A DNA stretch of 64,000 nucleotides from Owenia fusiformis (GCA_903813345.2 CAIIXF020000001.1:21824001-21888000); one strand, 5' to 3'. Shown: positions 13,691-28,730, numbered from the stretch's first letter. Translations and numbers: made by a program. Notes: generated by a model not told the origin, from the sequence alone.

Positions 13691-13835
13691 TCACCAGTGC
13701 CACAAGTGGTGACATATTGTTAGAGTCGCCGACTTTTTTATGGATGGTGTTCAGCATTTGGTGGTCTGTGTTCAGTGGTTGGTGTCTGTAACATATGGCA
13801 GGTGGTGACATTTTGCACGTTAAGGATTGTTTATT
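13691..13835 (+). repeat. Short interspersed repeat family (other copies at 16914-17083 + and 31485-31640 -)
   Basis: Shared CCACAAGTGGTGACATATTGTT..GTGGTGACATTTTGCA(C/T)GTTAA. Confidence 0.75.
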
Positions 13836-16762
13836 TGGTTACTGTTCCTAATTTGCAGTTTTTTCTGCTGAACAAAATTGATGTTTTATTCTAAATTACT
13901 ACGGTAGAATATATGAACATCTCTCAAAAAATCAAATCATGGTTTGTTAACTTTCAGAACTTAAAAAATCGTCATTTCTGCATAAAGGTATATTTGGGCA
14001 TATTTCCATCAATACATCCTGTCGTGGGAGATTTATTGCCCTTCATCCATTATTGCTGTTCTCATTTTTGCCAGATTTCTTTAAACAGTTAAATATACAT
14101 TTTTTTATTTTGCCAGATTTCTAGAAACAGCTAAACACACAAACAACTCTTCCTTCACATAAGGATATCTGTTATCAAATCATAATAATTTCACATTTTC
14201 TTAATGGAATATTTAATTTTAGATTTTGAGAAACGTTCTGCTACCACCCTATCGCAAGGTGAAGTCACATGCTATAACTGATCCAGAGCCTTGCAGATCT
14301 ATGTCTCTTATTCTTGATCTTTGGGGAATTTCTACTTGTACTAGTTAATTACTTCGGTAAAATAAACTATTTTGTTTTGTTAAAGATTAGAGTTTGACTA
14401 GGATATAGAAAAGCTTACTGACAGTTATATGTTTATTTATAAAAAATCATATTATTATTATCGTGAATTGTGATTTTGATGAATTGCAAGACTTGAATTG
14501 GATTATATTAATCCACATAGAAAATTGCATTGAATATAGAATCAAGATATCATATTGGTATTTTACTGATATTTGAGTATTAGGTTGTAGAATCAAATAC
14601 TAGTAGTTGGCTTGATCGTTGGCAATTGTGCTGAATGAATGACTGTCTATCTACGTAATATTTGACTAGGAATGGAAGTTTTAAAGGATTATACTGAATG
14701 TGGAATAATGTGACAATGACTGAGAGACACTAAGTATCGTTCAATTATTTTTTAAGGATATTACCCACGACATTCTGGCATTATCATTTAGACTGAAATA
14801 ATTAACGTTTCTGAACTGTTCTCGTTGAGAAAATTACTAAATTGGTAAGTTCATCATTTATACATGTCAGAAATAATTGTCAGAAATATGGTTGAAAAAT
14901 GGTAATTAACAATGACAATATAAGTGCTACGAATATACCAACTAAGTTATCGTTCTACGAAAATCTCATGAGCTTGTACGAGCTTGTAGGCAGGAAGCCA
15001 TGGTAGTCTTAAATCACAGTCTTTAACAAGCAGCCATTAGCTGTACAGGATAAATAACACCAGCAATGCTAGATTTGAAAGGCAAGAAAGGAAACTGACA
15101 GTAATTTTGAAAGATATGCAATTATTGGTGTTAGTTATATCCTTGGGTTTTGGAAACGCAGATGAATTACAATTGATTCCCAGATGCTGGGATGAAGGAG
15201 TGTCTCTTAGAATTTCCAGGATATTGCTTTTATTTTCTGTATTTTACTCAAATCTTTGAAGTTCAAATATCACTAAGGAGTTACAATCGTAAATCACCAC
15301 ATGTTTAAGTTCATGACAAGTGAAAAAGACAACATTTTAAAAAATTAAAATAGATCACGACTCATGTCATTGTGTCACAAAAGGCCCCAAAAAGCCAAAA
15401 ATCTGATCTCAAACATGGTTCATACAATTACTACAGTTTTTAACTTGATTGAGTATTGTACTATCATCATTTGTTGCATGTATTTTAAGGGTCACTTGCA
15501 ATGATATTGATAATGACTTCATTTTGCTAGACACTTTAAGAAACTCTGATGAGAAATAAATCTCAATTGATACAGACACTCTAGGAAGCTAAATGTAATC
15601 GTGTGGAAAGAAAAGGCATCCACCCATTCATAGTTTACTTAGAATGATACTTTTATTTGGTTAGCTCTTCAAAGTCTCTGTCAGAAGGAATTCCATTAGT
15701 TAGATCAGTCGATTGTAAGTGGGAGTCATTTGTTTGATGCAATGGTCCTTCCAAAGATTTCTTCTCAGAATATTATCTTTAAACTCCATTTTTACATATT
15801 CTTACGATGCAATATTGAAAACTGGGCTCAACAATTCTACATTTGCTCGACAGCAAGGGCCTACATGTTGCCAATGCTGGCAAAATCATGTTCTATTTAA
15901 TGTTTGAAAATAGCATATTTTTTGCTTGTCATGGACTTAAGAATCATAGGGTGGCATAGCATTGTTTCATGTCAGAATGTCAGTGATATTTGAAGTCACC
16001 CAATGATTCAAGCAAAATACCGATGATATTACTGGTGTCACAGTTATACAGGATCTATATCCCATGGCGTAAAAATACAGGATAAAGTTCCATCACATGG
16101 GCCACAGCCAGTCAGATTGCTAAAATATTCACCATCATATGCGATTGAATAATATGATTTCTTCCCTTCAAAACCATTATTGCTGTCATATTTTGTGGCA
16201 TTAATCAGACCTAATGGAATGGGTTGAAAATTTATTATTACCCAAAGTGCAGAGCTGTAAAAGTGAACTTTTTGTATGATTAATATGTGCTTCAGTTTAT
16301 CTTCTATTGCTTTTTAAGTGTCACGACATGACAGGAGCACAGAGTGACTTGTAAAGTACATGGCCAAGACAATACATAATACTAATTATATGAAAACGCA
16401 AAGATATAGAGAATCTGATTTGAAAGATTTTAATATTTGATTAATATATCAACAAAGCTAAATAGGAATTCCTAAAATAACATGCTGTTACTTGCTATAA
16501 CTTTCTGAAAAGAATGAACTTCAAATGACCTATATGTGACATATATAATGTTCAGTGGAATATTTGAATAACAGTGGCAAAAAATTTTATTGCCATAAAA
16601 TAAAACTTTGTTCAATGCTAAGTAAGCACAAAATAAGTGCTGAATTAGCACTTTTAAGGTCTAAATAAAAAGTAAACATAGACCTTCTGGATGCGTCCCA
16701 ATGTTAACCCATGTTTATGCATTTTTGCTTGTATTTCCAGATTTGTGGTTGAGTAAGATGGG

Positions 16763-19700
16763 ATGATGCGTATTCTAAGACGGAAGGTTTTTGTTGTATT
16801 CATTGTCATCGTAGGACTCATCAGCATCTGTTCCTTCTGGTTCAGTTGTGCCAGCAGCAATGACCTCACCAAGCAGGATGACGCCTTCTACAGGTTGGTT
16901 TACTTGTTTTCATGTCACCACCAAAATGTGGTGACATATTGCCATATCTACAGTTTTTTGTGTCCCCACCACAAGTGGTGACATATTGTTATGGTCTCTA
17001 ATTTATTTGTGGACAGTGTTCGGCATTTGGTGGTTGGAGTCTGTAAGGTGGTGGTGACATTTTGCATGTTAATGCCTTGTTTATGATTGGCATTCATCAT
17101 TCACACATGTGAACATTTGCAATATCTTACATTTTGACATACCTTGTTTCCTTTCTGTGATTTTCTTTTTTATCATATATAAAAAATGGTAAACTGTATT
17201 GTTGTATCATCTTTAATTTTGTGGGAATCAAGGGCAGGAAGGTTTTGTTATGAATTACATACATATGTATAAAGTATATTCTTTGACATGTGTTCTTTGA
17301 TGTGCTTGATTAGTTATTTTCTTCAAACTTTATTTCTGCACTTTCAGAGATGTAAGTCACCTTACAAACCGATATGCTCAGCCAGAATCACTTTTGATTG
17401 GTCAACAGCTTAAACAGTTACAAGAGAAATCATCAGAGGTGAAAGACGCTGATGCTGATCCCGATGATATTCCCTATGAGGAGATAGAAACTAGTGTCAA
17501 TGATGAGTATACAGTGGTAGGAAGACGTGAAGGGGATGAGGTCTATCTGCCATTCTTTGGCTTCATTCAAAAATATTTTGAGGTAAGGGGTTGATCAATG
17601 ATAGATTGTAGATATCACTGAGAGTTGCAGTAGAATAATGAATACAACATTACAGTTGATTAAAAAATGTGAGACTTGTATTTGTTATTGTACAATTACG
17701 ATTGTGTTTATGCATGTTTTTTTGTTTCTTGCAATTTTTTTTCACAGAATGAATTTATATTGTTATCGCTTTACGCTTTCTGTAATTACTATTCATAGGC
17801 AAATGAAAACTAAATGTCAATTGATTCATTTCATTTTCTAATATTTTCAATTGTTATTCTTGATCAGTTCAATGTAATTTTGTCCTAGCTTTTAGATTTA
17901 ATCCCCAGTACTTATACCCATCCATCAAATACTAGAATGCCCCATTCAAGAGATTTAATGAACCTATGTTCTTTTTTCCCTTCGCTTTCAAAATAATTTG
18001 ATGAGAGTATGCCATGTTGCAACATTTGCAGTGATTTGGAGTAACTCCTTTCATATAATTAATTGCTTCCGTTTTCTGTCATTTCATTTTGTATTTAATA
18101 AGAAGTATCGTATAGATTGGTTCAAATGTTTTGTAGAAGCTAAGCTGAGTCGATATGTATTCGTTGTCATATAAATGCTAAGTAGACCTCTGTCTCCTTT
18201 GGTTCCTCGCCTTCCATTGAACGATTGATATTTTAGCATTATTTTCGAGTTTTATAAACCATATATGGATATAAGTCGCATAACAAGGCATTTTATTTCT
18301 TAGTATAACGTGATTTCTCCCCTGATGCCATTAATCAGGATACTTAAGAGTCTCGACCTGAAACTAATAGTTCATTATCACCGTGTTTGGCCCTAAATGA
18401 TTTACTCATTCCATTACAACATCGCAATGTCGGTTATGTTCTACAGTTAGTAATTAACATTGATTTAAGATTAAAGATTAAAGAGCACTCCCGATGACAT
18501 TGAAATATTGTCTCTGTGGGTCTCATCATTGTTTCACCTTCAGAGCAATGAAGCATATCATGGTTTGCGTGACATTCATACATATTACGGCTCAGCAGCT
18601 TCAACTGGTTCACTCGGTTCAAACAGAGGACTGTCGTTATCAACTATAATACCACAGTCACCGATTTTCATTGAAATAGAGGAACTTGATCTCTAAAAAA
18701 TTTCTAAAAAATGTATATGATGAGCCATCAGTTTTTTCCATATAAGTTTAATTTCATATGATTTATTGTGTGAGAATAAATGTAATAGAAACAGATGTAC
18801 ATGGTATAATTAGAACAACAACATTTTAGAACCTTAGTTTGAATACCCACGATTCAATCCCATTGCATGTTTTATCAACATTATTTAAAATTGAACAATG
18901 AGAGTTTTTAGTGTCAGGAGATCAAATATACGTTACTTTTTCAAATCGTGTCATATTTTTGAAGTTAAGTGGTATTGCATTAAAAGGTTTAATCACAGTA
19001 AAAAAATCATTTATGACTTGTACAAACATCTATCTTAAGTTATAAGTACCTCTAATGCAACCCACAACAATATAATATAACCTTATTCAACTTATCGTGA
19101 TAAATCTTGGCTAAACAAGTTTTTTTTCATCAGGTAACATACAGTAGGGGAAAAATGAATGATATACTACATAATAAAAGCAATTGAAAAAATAAGAGGA
19201 TTGAGAGAAGCTCATATAAAAATGTGTTTATTTTTAAAACATATAACATACAAGTCAATGGAACATGCAAAATATGGTACAATAAGGGAGCAATCAGATC
19301 TTGTTAAGTTGACTCTATGTTAAGTTTTTCATCTTTGGACTTCTGTGATTCTACAATAGTCAATAGACTCTGCTTTAAAACCCAGGCCTATGAAATTGTG
19401 CAAACTCAGTCTTAAATGCATTCCCGACTGATGGGAGCCAAGTGAACGAAGATGGGTCTATGATGTCATGATTAACTGTTGTTAATCAGGAATAATATAC
19501 AAAAGTATATGAAGTGAACAAAATTGGTTTATAAATTGTGATACCTGTTCATCATCAAAGGCTATTAGGCTAATGATCAGCTGCACAGTGCTCCCAATTG
19601 CATATTGTAAATAACAAATACATGCCGTAAAAGTCAACTTTAATGAGTAGTCAGACACTGTTTCGACCAGCTAGATATTTTCACATTTTGAGCTCAGAGC

Positions 19701-22700
19701 ATATTGAGATTTCCTGATGTTTGTCACGGAATTCCAGAATGTTCATATTTTATATGTTATATTATTGCCTAATTTATATTTGAAGTTATCCTTATCAGAG
19801 TTTCCATGACAATCACCTGTTAGAAGAAATATATATCTGAGAATTGGACCAAAAATTTGCATTCATTTGTTTTATGTTTACAGTATTTCAAAATCACACT
19901 GAGTGGGTGACAAGTGTATGTATTCTTTGCTATTTACTAAAATGTATCACAATGTTGTTGCACTGCAATGTATTATGTATTTTTTACTGTTTACTTTTTA
20001 TCACAGTGTTGTTTGCTTCAGGTGTATGGCAGGCTAACAGATAACAAACAGAGGTTCATATTTGAACATAGCTACTCGAAGATCTACAAACCCAATGGCA
20101 TGTACACTCCAACTGGTATCTTCATGTCCTTTGAACACTACAATGTAGAAGTGCGGGATCGTGTAAAATGTATCAGTGGAATAGAGGGTATGTACGTTTA
20201 AAGCTCTCAGCCAATCAAATTGTTTAAATGTTTATTTCACGTGCCAGGACAACTGGCATGTTTCCATGGTAGCAAGGTGAAGTTAATAATGTTACTGATT
20301 GACAATAATTGTGATGTCACAATAACCCGGACAAAACATGAAAATATAGCAATGATGTGTGATGTTATCACATGTAAGATCCTAACTCCCAATTTTCATA
20401 GAAAGCCATTCGGAATGCAATAGAGAATGGAAGTCATGGATTATCCAGAGCATTGTTACTTGTCATTTTGAAAGATCACTTTTGTCTGAGGAATCAGCGT
20501 ATTGTTCCACTTTGACATTGATCAAATATTTCCACTAGTGCGATATTACACCGTAATCTACAATTTCATTCTTTATTCCCAAAGTGAATAATTACTTTTG
20601 CTCTGTGCCATTTGTGATATTCATAAATGAATGTTTTGGAAGCAGCAATCATATCAACATTTTTTTCACATCAGCTATTTCAAAGAATGCTATACTGTAC
20701 TGTATTATTTCTATTTCTTTCACATATAGCATGTTACATCAGTGGTCTCCCCAGGATTTTTTCTCAAGTGGGTGCAAAATTCTCATTTTCACAATTCAGA
20801 CCGAAATTGGTCAAAATATGCCTATTTTTCATGATTTTTCTCATTTTCAACTGGGTGCAAATGGATTTTCAGGTAGGTGCAAGTCTGTTTTCAAAATCTC
20901 AGGTGGGTGCTGCGCCCACTTGCTTTAATGCTGGGGAGATCACTGTACATAATATATTAATTATCAATATGTGTTGATTATTGAAATAAATTGCCAGGCC
21001 ATAGTGGACTTGGAATCCCATTTCTAAAATATCTGTTTTGGTCTTGTCTATTTCACTGTTTTCCTCTCTAGATCATGAATAAAGTGTCAGATTGTTCAGC
21101 AAATCGTAACAGTGTCGAGTATTCATGACCTTCAGGTTTTATTTTTTCGTTGCTGATTGCATCACTTTGACGTTATTTTGAATTTTTTACATGACCACAG
21201 GGACATTATTTCATGGCTTGTTTCTGAAAGTTGAAAGTTTCTACTTTATCATTTCTAGTGGAAGATTGCAGACAATTGGAGGAAAACTGATTGGCTTAGC
21301 TTGTAAATGATCGATCCTCGAAGACTAGTATATTCTCTGAATATTGTCCTCATAATGGATTCAGATCCCTTAGCAGTATTTCAAGAAGCCATTTCATGAT
21401 AAAATAAGAGATACTTACTTTAGGGTCATTAACTTTTTATTACTGTATTACAGGCAACTGACTTGGTTCTGTCCTGAAGATCTAAAAATATTTTTATAGT
21501 TATTTTATAGTTTGGGATATAGACTAATAGGTCGAGTGGGATGTATTTTGGATGTATTTTTGCCTTAATATAAAATGCATAAAGTTAATTAGACAGAAAA
21601 TACATTCTGCCTGGCTTACCTTAATATTTGCCTTAATGTTAGTGCTAATATCCCTGAACCTGAAAGTTAAAAACAATATTCTATTTGTGAAACTTGGATT
21701 AATATTGAATATTTGTTGTATACTTTTTAGGTGTCCCTCTATCGACACAGTGGGGTGCCCATGGCTATTACTACCCCATCCAGATAGCCCAGTATGGTCT
21801 TAGTCACTTTAGCAAGTTCCTTATAGAGGACAAACCAAGTGTCACCGTCTATGAGAATGGAGAGGATTGTACAGATATGGAGTGGCAGGTCTCAGGCCCT
21901 GCCTCCCACGTGAGGTGTGTCCCTGATGATGAAATTGACTCCGATGTCTTGGCTTTCAAGACTCCAGGTTAGTATTATCCACTTTTGAGTCAATACGAGA
22001 AGCTTTCTCAAAGTAACAAATTCCAAGGTTTATTTTTCTGTTTTCTGTTTCTATGATGTCCATGGCTACAACAATTAACCTAAGACCTATACAATTAACC
22101 CTGTAAATTGACGAAAGTTTCTTGTAATGACTCCCTGTTTACAAAAGTAATTCTAAATATTGTACTTTATCAATAAACTCAATTAAAGGAAAAAGGCCAA
22201 AGTGGTTATTTTATATCAGAAAATGTGTTGTTCCTCAACAATATTATGTAACAATACAAATCTGAAATGGATTTTTCCACGTAATGTCTTAAATTGATAT
22301 GATATATCCTAATGGTCTCCATTTTGTTCCTATTTAGGGATCATCTCACAGGTTTTACACAAGAGTCCAAGCCAAACATTATCCATTTTGTACATTCAAC
22401 GTCCACTCTTGCTTAAGAAAAAAGATTTTTTGAAGTTTAAATTGATATAATTTTAATTTAATGGCACCTTACAGTAGTGCCCATGTGTTATATTGGCATG
22501 TTTTGATTTTGCAATTTCTATTTATTTTCAGAATCACTAGGCAATCCTGGTGCTTTATTCCACTTAGACGAAGATTCCAATTTCTTCATGTCCCTCGATC
22601 TTAAGTTTATCACCAATGGGAGTATAACTGTCTTGGTAGAGACAAAGGCCAAATCCGCACCACTATTCCATATACACTATGCGTGCAGTCAGACACTAAT

Positions 22701-23565
22701 TCACGCAACTGGTAATGAAATATATTATGGGATTGGCGATCGCCAGACATGGAGTCACATGACTAGAGATATCCCGACAGATTTCCAGAAAGGGCTAACT
22801 TTGTTGTATCCCAAACAGAAAAAATTAAAGATGAAATTTGCAGTACGTAGAATAGTAAGCATAACATTACATGGTACTGGATACGTAGACAATATCACAT
22901 TTTCAAGTGTGACTCATTTAGCTCAATTTTATTACGCGGCCAATTGGCTTGTTCGTCACCAAGACCGCACGGGTGGATGGCCAATAATGGTCACACGTAA
23001 ACTAGGGACATTTGATTCCTTAGATCCTGGTTGGTATTCAGCTATGGCCCAGGGGCAGGCAATATCTCTGTTAACTAGAGCTTATATAAGAACTAAGAAA
23101 GAAATGTACCTTCAATCAGCATTACGAGCCACCAAGGTGCTTAATATAAACAGTCAAGACGGTGGGGTGCGTGCCACCTTCATGGACAAGTATGTGTGGT
23201 ATGAGGAATACCCTACAAATCCTAGCAGCTTCGTTCTCAATGGCTTTATTTATTCCTTGATTGGTCTTTACGATCTTAAGACCATCGCACCGCCAGAGCT
23301 TAGTGGCGAAGCTGAAAAACTCTTCAAGCAAGGCATGACGTCACTAAAACATATGCTCCCTTTGTTTGATACAGGATTGGGGAGCATATATGATTTACGT
23401 CATGTCACATTAGGCGTTGCACCAAACCGTGCACGCTGGGACTACCATTCCACTCACATTAACCAATTGCTGCTCCTAAGCACTATAGACAATGCCCCTA
23501 TATTGAAAAATACTGCCGAAAGGTGGACGGGCTATATGATAGGCAAAAGGGCAGCCCATAATTAG
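16763..23565 (+). CDS. GLCE: D-glucuronyl C5-epimerase (heparan sulfate epimerase), 5 coding exons, 600 aa
   Basis: Exons 16763-16893, 17348-17582, 20022-20187, 21731-21967 and 22532-23565; GT-AG junctions in phase, 1803 nt. N-terminal type II TM anchor; motifs [75 protein letters not shown] and KRAAHN. Confidence 0.97.
16914..17083 (+). repeat. Short interspersed repeat in GLCE intron 1 (family of 13691-13835)
   Basis: Same GTGGTGACATATTG and GTGGTGACATTTTGCA motifs. Confidence 0.7.
20740..20945 (+). mobile_element. MITE (206 bp) with CAGTG termini in a GLCE intron
   Basis: TIR CAGTGGTCTCCCCAG / CTGGGGAGATCACTG; TACAT on both sides. Confidence 0.8.
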
Positions 23566-23769
23566 CCTTTGAGGAACTCAACCATCATGTATTTCTATAC
23601 CAATATACAATCCTCACAGTTTTTGTCAAATATTTTGTTTTGATATCATAGATTTCAATTACATTTAATTAAATATCCATTGGTTTGGGAGACACAATAA
23701 TTTAATAATAATAGCATATTTTGACTAGTGTGTTACATTCGGAGGCATAATATAAAATTGATATAAAAG

Positions 23770-23851
23770 AGGGTGGGCTAAAACACCAACTTAAAATTGA
23801 CAAATGTACTCAATTCATCCAATAATTTTAGGGTTGATTTAGCCTACCCTG
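23770..23851. mobile_element. Very short mariner-like MITE remnant
   Basis: AGGGTGGGCTAAA / TTTAGCCTACCCTG|TA inverted ends. Confidence 0.45.
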
Positions 23852-24078
23852 TATACTATTGTGATCAAAGAATAATTATGTCTAACATACAGGATAAGTG
23901 TTTTCGAATTTGAAATCATTGCTCATGCTATCTTTTACTCCGATGAGTCAGTTTAATGCACAGTCACAAAATTCAGCAGTTGCTCCCTTTATTAACATAG
24001 AGCAGTTATCTAATTGGTATTGATTTTCGGGGGTTATGTGTTAAACTGCAATGGGAGAATTATTGCTGTTAACATATT

Positions 24079-24538
24079 CACTGTTCCACAGCTGGATGAC
24101 TCTAACTGCAGTTAGCTTCATTCAAGATGGTTGCCGAAATTATTTCGTTTTCGATAAACATCTGATTTCAGCTAAACTAAGTTGAATCTGGATTCCAAAT
24201 GTTTTGCCATGCAAATTAATAAAGCTACGATGGTAAATAACCACAAATAAATGCTCAATCAACCACGATATTGGAGAATATTAAAGAAAATGGCTTCACT
24301 TAGAATGACCCTAACTGAAGTTGATGATCAAGTAGATCATAGAAGAATTTTGCGGTGTTTGGGCATTTATTTGTGGTTGAATACAATCGTAGTTTTATTA
24401 ATTTGCATGGCGAAACTTTTGTAATCAAGATTCAGCTTAGTTTAGCTGAAATCGGAGGTTTATCAAAAACGAAAGAATCTCGGCATCCATCTTGAATGAA
24501 GCTAACTGCAGTTAGAGTAATCCAGCTGTGGAACAGTG
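24079..24538. mobile_element. Fold-back MITE with about 190-bp TIRs, CAC termini and a 5-bp TSD (Transib-like)
   Basis: ATATT|CACTGTTCCACAGCTGGAT.. and ..ATCCAGCTGTGGAACAGTG|ATATT; the arms pair over most of the element. Confidence 0.85.
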
Positions 24539-25594
24539 ATATTACTCTGGCTTCATAGAAATACATGATGGGTGTATACTTCAGGTTTTATGATTTTATT
24601 CCAATTATTCCTCATTTATTTATACTAGTCATGTCGTTCCTCAGTGGATTTTGATTATTCATAAAAAATGATTATTTAAAAGTGAACCATATATGTATGT
24701 ACATATAAGAATGATTATGATTTTCATAGTACTAAGGAAGTAGTGAAGTACACTCAGGGACTTATATATTTGAAGTCCATGGTGCATGAAAGTGTATTAA
24801 AAGGGAGACAAATACTAGAATAGAATAACAAAGTCATACATTTTGTACATTGTGAACAGTGGCGTGATGATATCTCTGTGTGTAATGTCTCTATTTTAGT
24901 AATGTTCATGGACAAGTTCTGTTTTATATTTGTAGGTTACAATGGCCTACTAAATTATACAAATTTTTCTCCAAAAATCAAAAATAGATTGGTGCCATTC
25001 TGACCTGGCTACGAATTAAGCTTGATTGGAAGTCATGCATTTGGAGAGTATTTCTATTATGTTAGGAGAATTTGATTGAAGAGAAGTTTTAGCTTTAGCT
25101 GATTTTACAGTATATTTTCTCAATCAAATTCTCTATATTACCTGTATTTCCTGGTAAAGATGGCAGCACTATAGTCGTAGTATTAATGGACTCCCAATTG
25201 CAAGCCCTGGAACCTTTTTATTATATCGTTGAAGGAGAGCACAAAAATATAACTATGAATTCTGGAAATATTTTGGGTTTGGGTTAAACAAAAAATATTT
25301 TGTGTCTGAATTCTAGAAGTTTGAAAAAATACTTCAGCTGTTAAGCTGAGTTAGAGGGAACTTTCTGATAAAGGGTAAAAAGTAGATCCCCAAATATCTA
25401 ATGGTCTACCTTTTGAAAATGAGAAAATTTTATGATAAGGTGGTTGTGGCGTTAAGTTAGTGTCCCACAAGGATGCTATATTTTAACAGTATTGACATTT
25501 CTTTTCAAAATTGTTTTGGGTTCTTGTGTTAAGTGATCAGATTCACTTTGCTGACTCATCCCCTCTCTGCTGTCTATGATTCTCCTACACTAAC

Positions 25595-25761
25595 AGTCTA
25601 AATGGGGCAATCATGTACATGTTTATATTTCTCCTACAATAAGAGTCTGAATGGGGATAGGGCCATCCCAGGCAGCAATCATGTACATGTATATATTTCT
25701 CCTACAATAAGAGTCTGAACGGGGATAGGGTCACACCAACAACCAATCATGTATATATTTC
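25595..25761. repeat. Tandem repeat, about 68 bp x2.3
   Basis: CAATCATGTACATGT..ATATTTCTCCTACAATAAGAGTCTGAA..GGGGATAGGG repeated. Confidence 0.8.
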
Positions 25762-26047
25762 ATTCCAGAAACTGAGCATTAATTATTGGAAAATAATGGT
25801 ATACGATATTTTAATGCATGCAATATTAAAAAATTCTTTTATCCAGTGAATCAAAAGTGAATGAGTGTATGGACTAATGTATGATACTAATGTATATTTA
25901 TAACCTACCTAGGAATAGCATGTTTGTAGAAATGGTAGAAAGTAATGGGGCCAGGGCCAAGACCCTTACTTTTAATAATCAATGTAGAAAGCAATGGTGT
26001 GAAATCAATTAGGGTGCTAATATCTACATATTGTACGTGATCATTTA

Positions 26048-26391
26048 GGGGAGGTATCAAAAGATTGATGTCTGTTTAGAAACTTTACTAATCAAGCTTG
26101 GGGGTGGGGGGTTTCAATACTGAAAAGTTTTCTATGGGACAAAATCAATGTTTTGAAATTTCATAAAATGTGAGCTTTACTGCCTTCAAAGATAAAGTAA
26201 AGTGACACAAACTGTATTATTGGAATGACCAGTTTAGATGCTTACAATCATTCTTGTAAAAATGTTTTACTTTTTTCATATCAATTCTTTGCCCCTATTT
26301 TCAACATTTTAAAGTTTTAAGGGGGTGGGGTCAGATGTCAAACTTAATTAGTTAAGTTTTTAAACAGACATTGAACTTTTGATGCCTCCTC
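26048..26391. mobile_element. PIF/Harbinger-like MITE with TTA TSD
   Basis: TTA|GGGGAGGTATCAAAAG..TGTCTGTTT and AAACAGACA..CTTTTGATGCCTCCTC|TTA. Confidence 0.7.
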
Positions 26392-26845
26392 TTACTTCTT
26401 GTTAACTGTACACCGTATATGAACTTTCCAGGGCTGGTCCAAATATGGACTTTTCAATGTTACTCCAAATATGGACAAGATTAGTCCAAGTATGGGATTC
26501 CTAAAATTGGTCAAAACTTCCTAAGGTTTCCAAGACCAAAAATTCAAATTCATAAGGAAACAAATGATGAAACATTGTGTAAATAATAGAGTATGTACTA
26601 TGTATACTATATATACCGTGTATACTATGTATACTTCAATGAAAACTCATTTTTAGATAAGCACTATTGAAAAAATTAAAAAGGTTTTACAAAAAGATGT
26701 CACTGATAAGAAGGTGTAAATATTCCTAATGTAAGTCTGGCTTTTTGAGAAGACATTGGAGCCTATGGTTGAAGGATTCCAGTGTTTACTGATAAAGCAG
26801 AAATTGCCAAGTATTGAGGTATTTATTTAAAAAAACATATTAAAC

Positions 26846-27244
26846 CAGGTGTCCCAAAAAATGTTGTACCGAGACAAAAATGGAATAACTGAGTGAGTGA
26901 TGAAGGAATATTCTTGAAATCTGGTCATCTGACAGACAATTTATTTACCATAGACATCCAAACGTTTCATTAAGTAGTTCTGCTTAGTATTAAAGAAAAT
27001 ATTGTTTTAACACCATCACCTGTTTTCCCATGTTTTAAACTGCATTCAGTTCTGCATCAATCGTGGTGGAGGTAATCTAGAGCATGTCATCTAAAATGTC
27101 TCAATCAGTTATTTACAAATTTCTATGATTTTTAGCTGCTGAAAAATGAATTCTCTTTAATATCATATGAAAAATTCAGCTTTTTTCTATGAATGAACAA
27201 AGAATCATTCCTGATTCATTTGGGTACAGTTTTTTGGGACACCT
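26846..27244. mobile_element. Tc1/mariner-like MITE
   Basis: AGGTGTCCCAAAAAA / TTTTTTGGGACACCT inverted ends. Confidence 0.65.
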
Positions 27245-28730
27245 AAATGACATCAGCAGATTTTGAATACTGCTACAAATTGTACATTATGTGTATATAC
27301 ATATGAAAGTGGTCCCCTCACATGATAATGGCATACCAACTCCCAGTCTTTGAAAGATTGGCGAAGGTGCAATTTTCTTTGAATTACCATGTTCAATCAA
27401 ATTGTTTTTAAAACAACTATTGCTTATCAGGCACTATATAACAAAGCAGTTATTTATTTAAATGGGAAATTTTGTCCAAATGTAACTTTGTCCACTTTCA
27501 ATAAATACATGTATTCATAAAGGAAAGAATTAAAAAATATTTTTTTGCAATAATCAATTTGTAAAAATGATTAATCTACTAATAAAAAACAATAGATGTA
27601 TGTAAGTAAATAAATGAATAAAACGATGAGCTATTATTTAAATAATGTATTTTGTATTTAAAACAGGTTTCTCTATAATAAAGCTGATTCATTACATTGG
27701 TCTTAAATCAAAATTGGGTCACAAACTGTGAACCAATTACATTATATCTGTAAATTATACATTATAAGTGTCAGTTTACATATACACAGGGTGGGAATAT
27801 CTGATTTTGTTTAGGTCCCCTAGCATGACATTTTACCAAGAGTTATCAAGAATTTCAAACAATTTATTTTTAACCTTAAAGGTGCAACAATTAGTGCAGG
27901 GGGACCATTCAACGATTAGCGACCAGTGTCAAAATATATTTAAGTTTGGATATTTCATCAAGACTAACATCGATTTTCATTATCTCCAAAGAAACCCCCT
28001 GGATGAACATTATTTCAGCTGATATTCCTCTTGAAACATGGTGGATCTTAAAAATCGATGAGTGGGACTCCCTTTATAGATACTTTGAAGTTAATTTACA
28101 CTTCTTAATGCTGAAATTGATAGTTTATACATACATTTTATGAAAATAGGTATGTCAAAGAAGGTGTTGAGCCAAATATTGACCTGATAGCTCAGAAAAA
28201 TTTAAATTTTCCAATTTTCTCTCTACAGTCCTTGTTGCCCCTTTAAAGCCAGTTCTGATCTAGGACAAAGTTATTAAAAATGGTGCAGGGATCCGACACT
28301 GAAAAAATACTTATTCGGTTAAACTTTTTAGCACATTTACAAAAAGACTCAAAACATTTTTATCTCAAATGTATTTGTTTTATTAAAAAATATTTTTTAG
28401 TAAAGCACTGGAACTGGTAAAGCTTAAGAACAAAGCAGTTGCCCCGGCTAGGACTATTAGTTGAAAAAGGCAAAAAACTGAGATTTAGACATTCACACCC
28501 TATGTGATACAGGTCATATAAGATTAAAAACTCAATGATATCTCAACAGTCTTTGTATACTTTACAGCACGAACAATATGTCAATGTAAATTTCAGTTGT
28601 AGAAAATGACAATAAAGTTCTATTATACTTAGATCTGAGTTGGTTTTATATTATTTGTTTTATAAAGAAATTATTATGCAAAATGACAATTTCCATTTTA
28701 AATGCATGCAGACAATATTCATGTTTCTTC

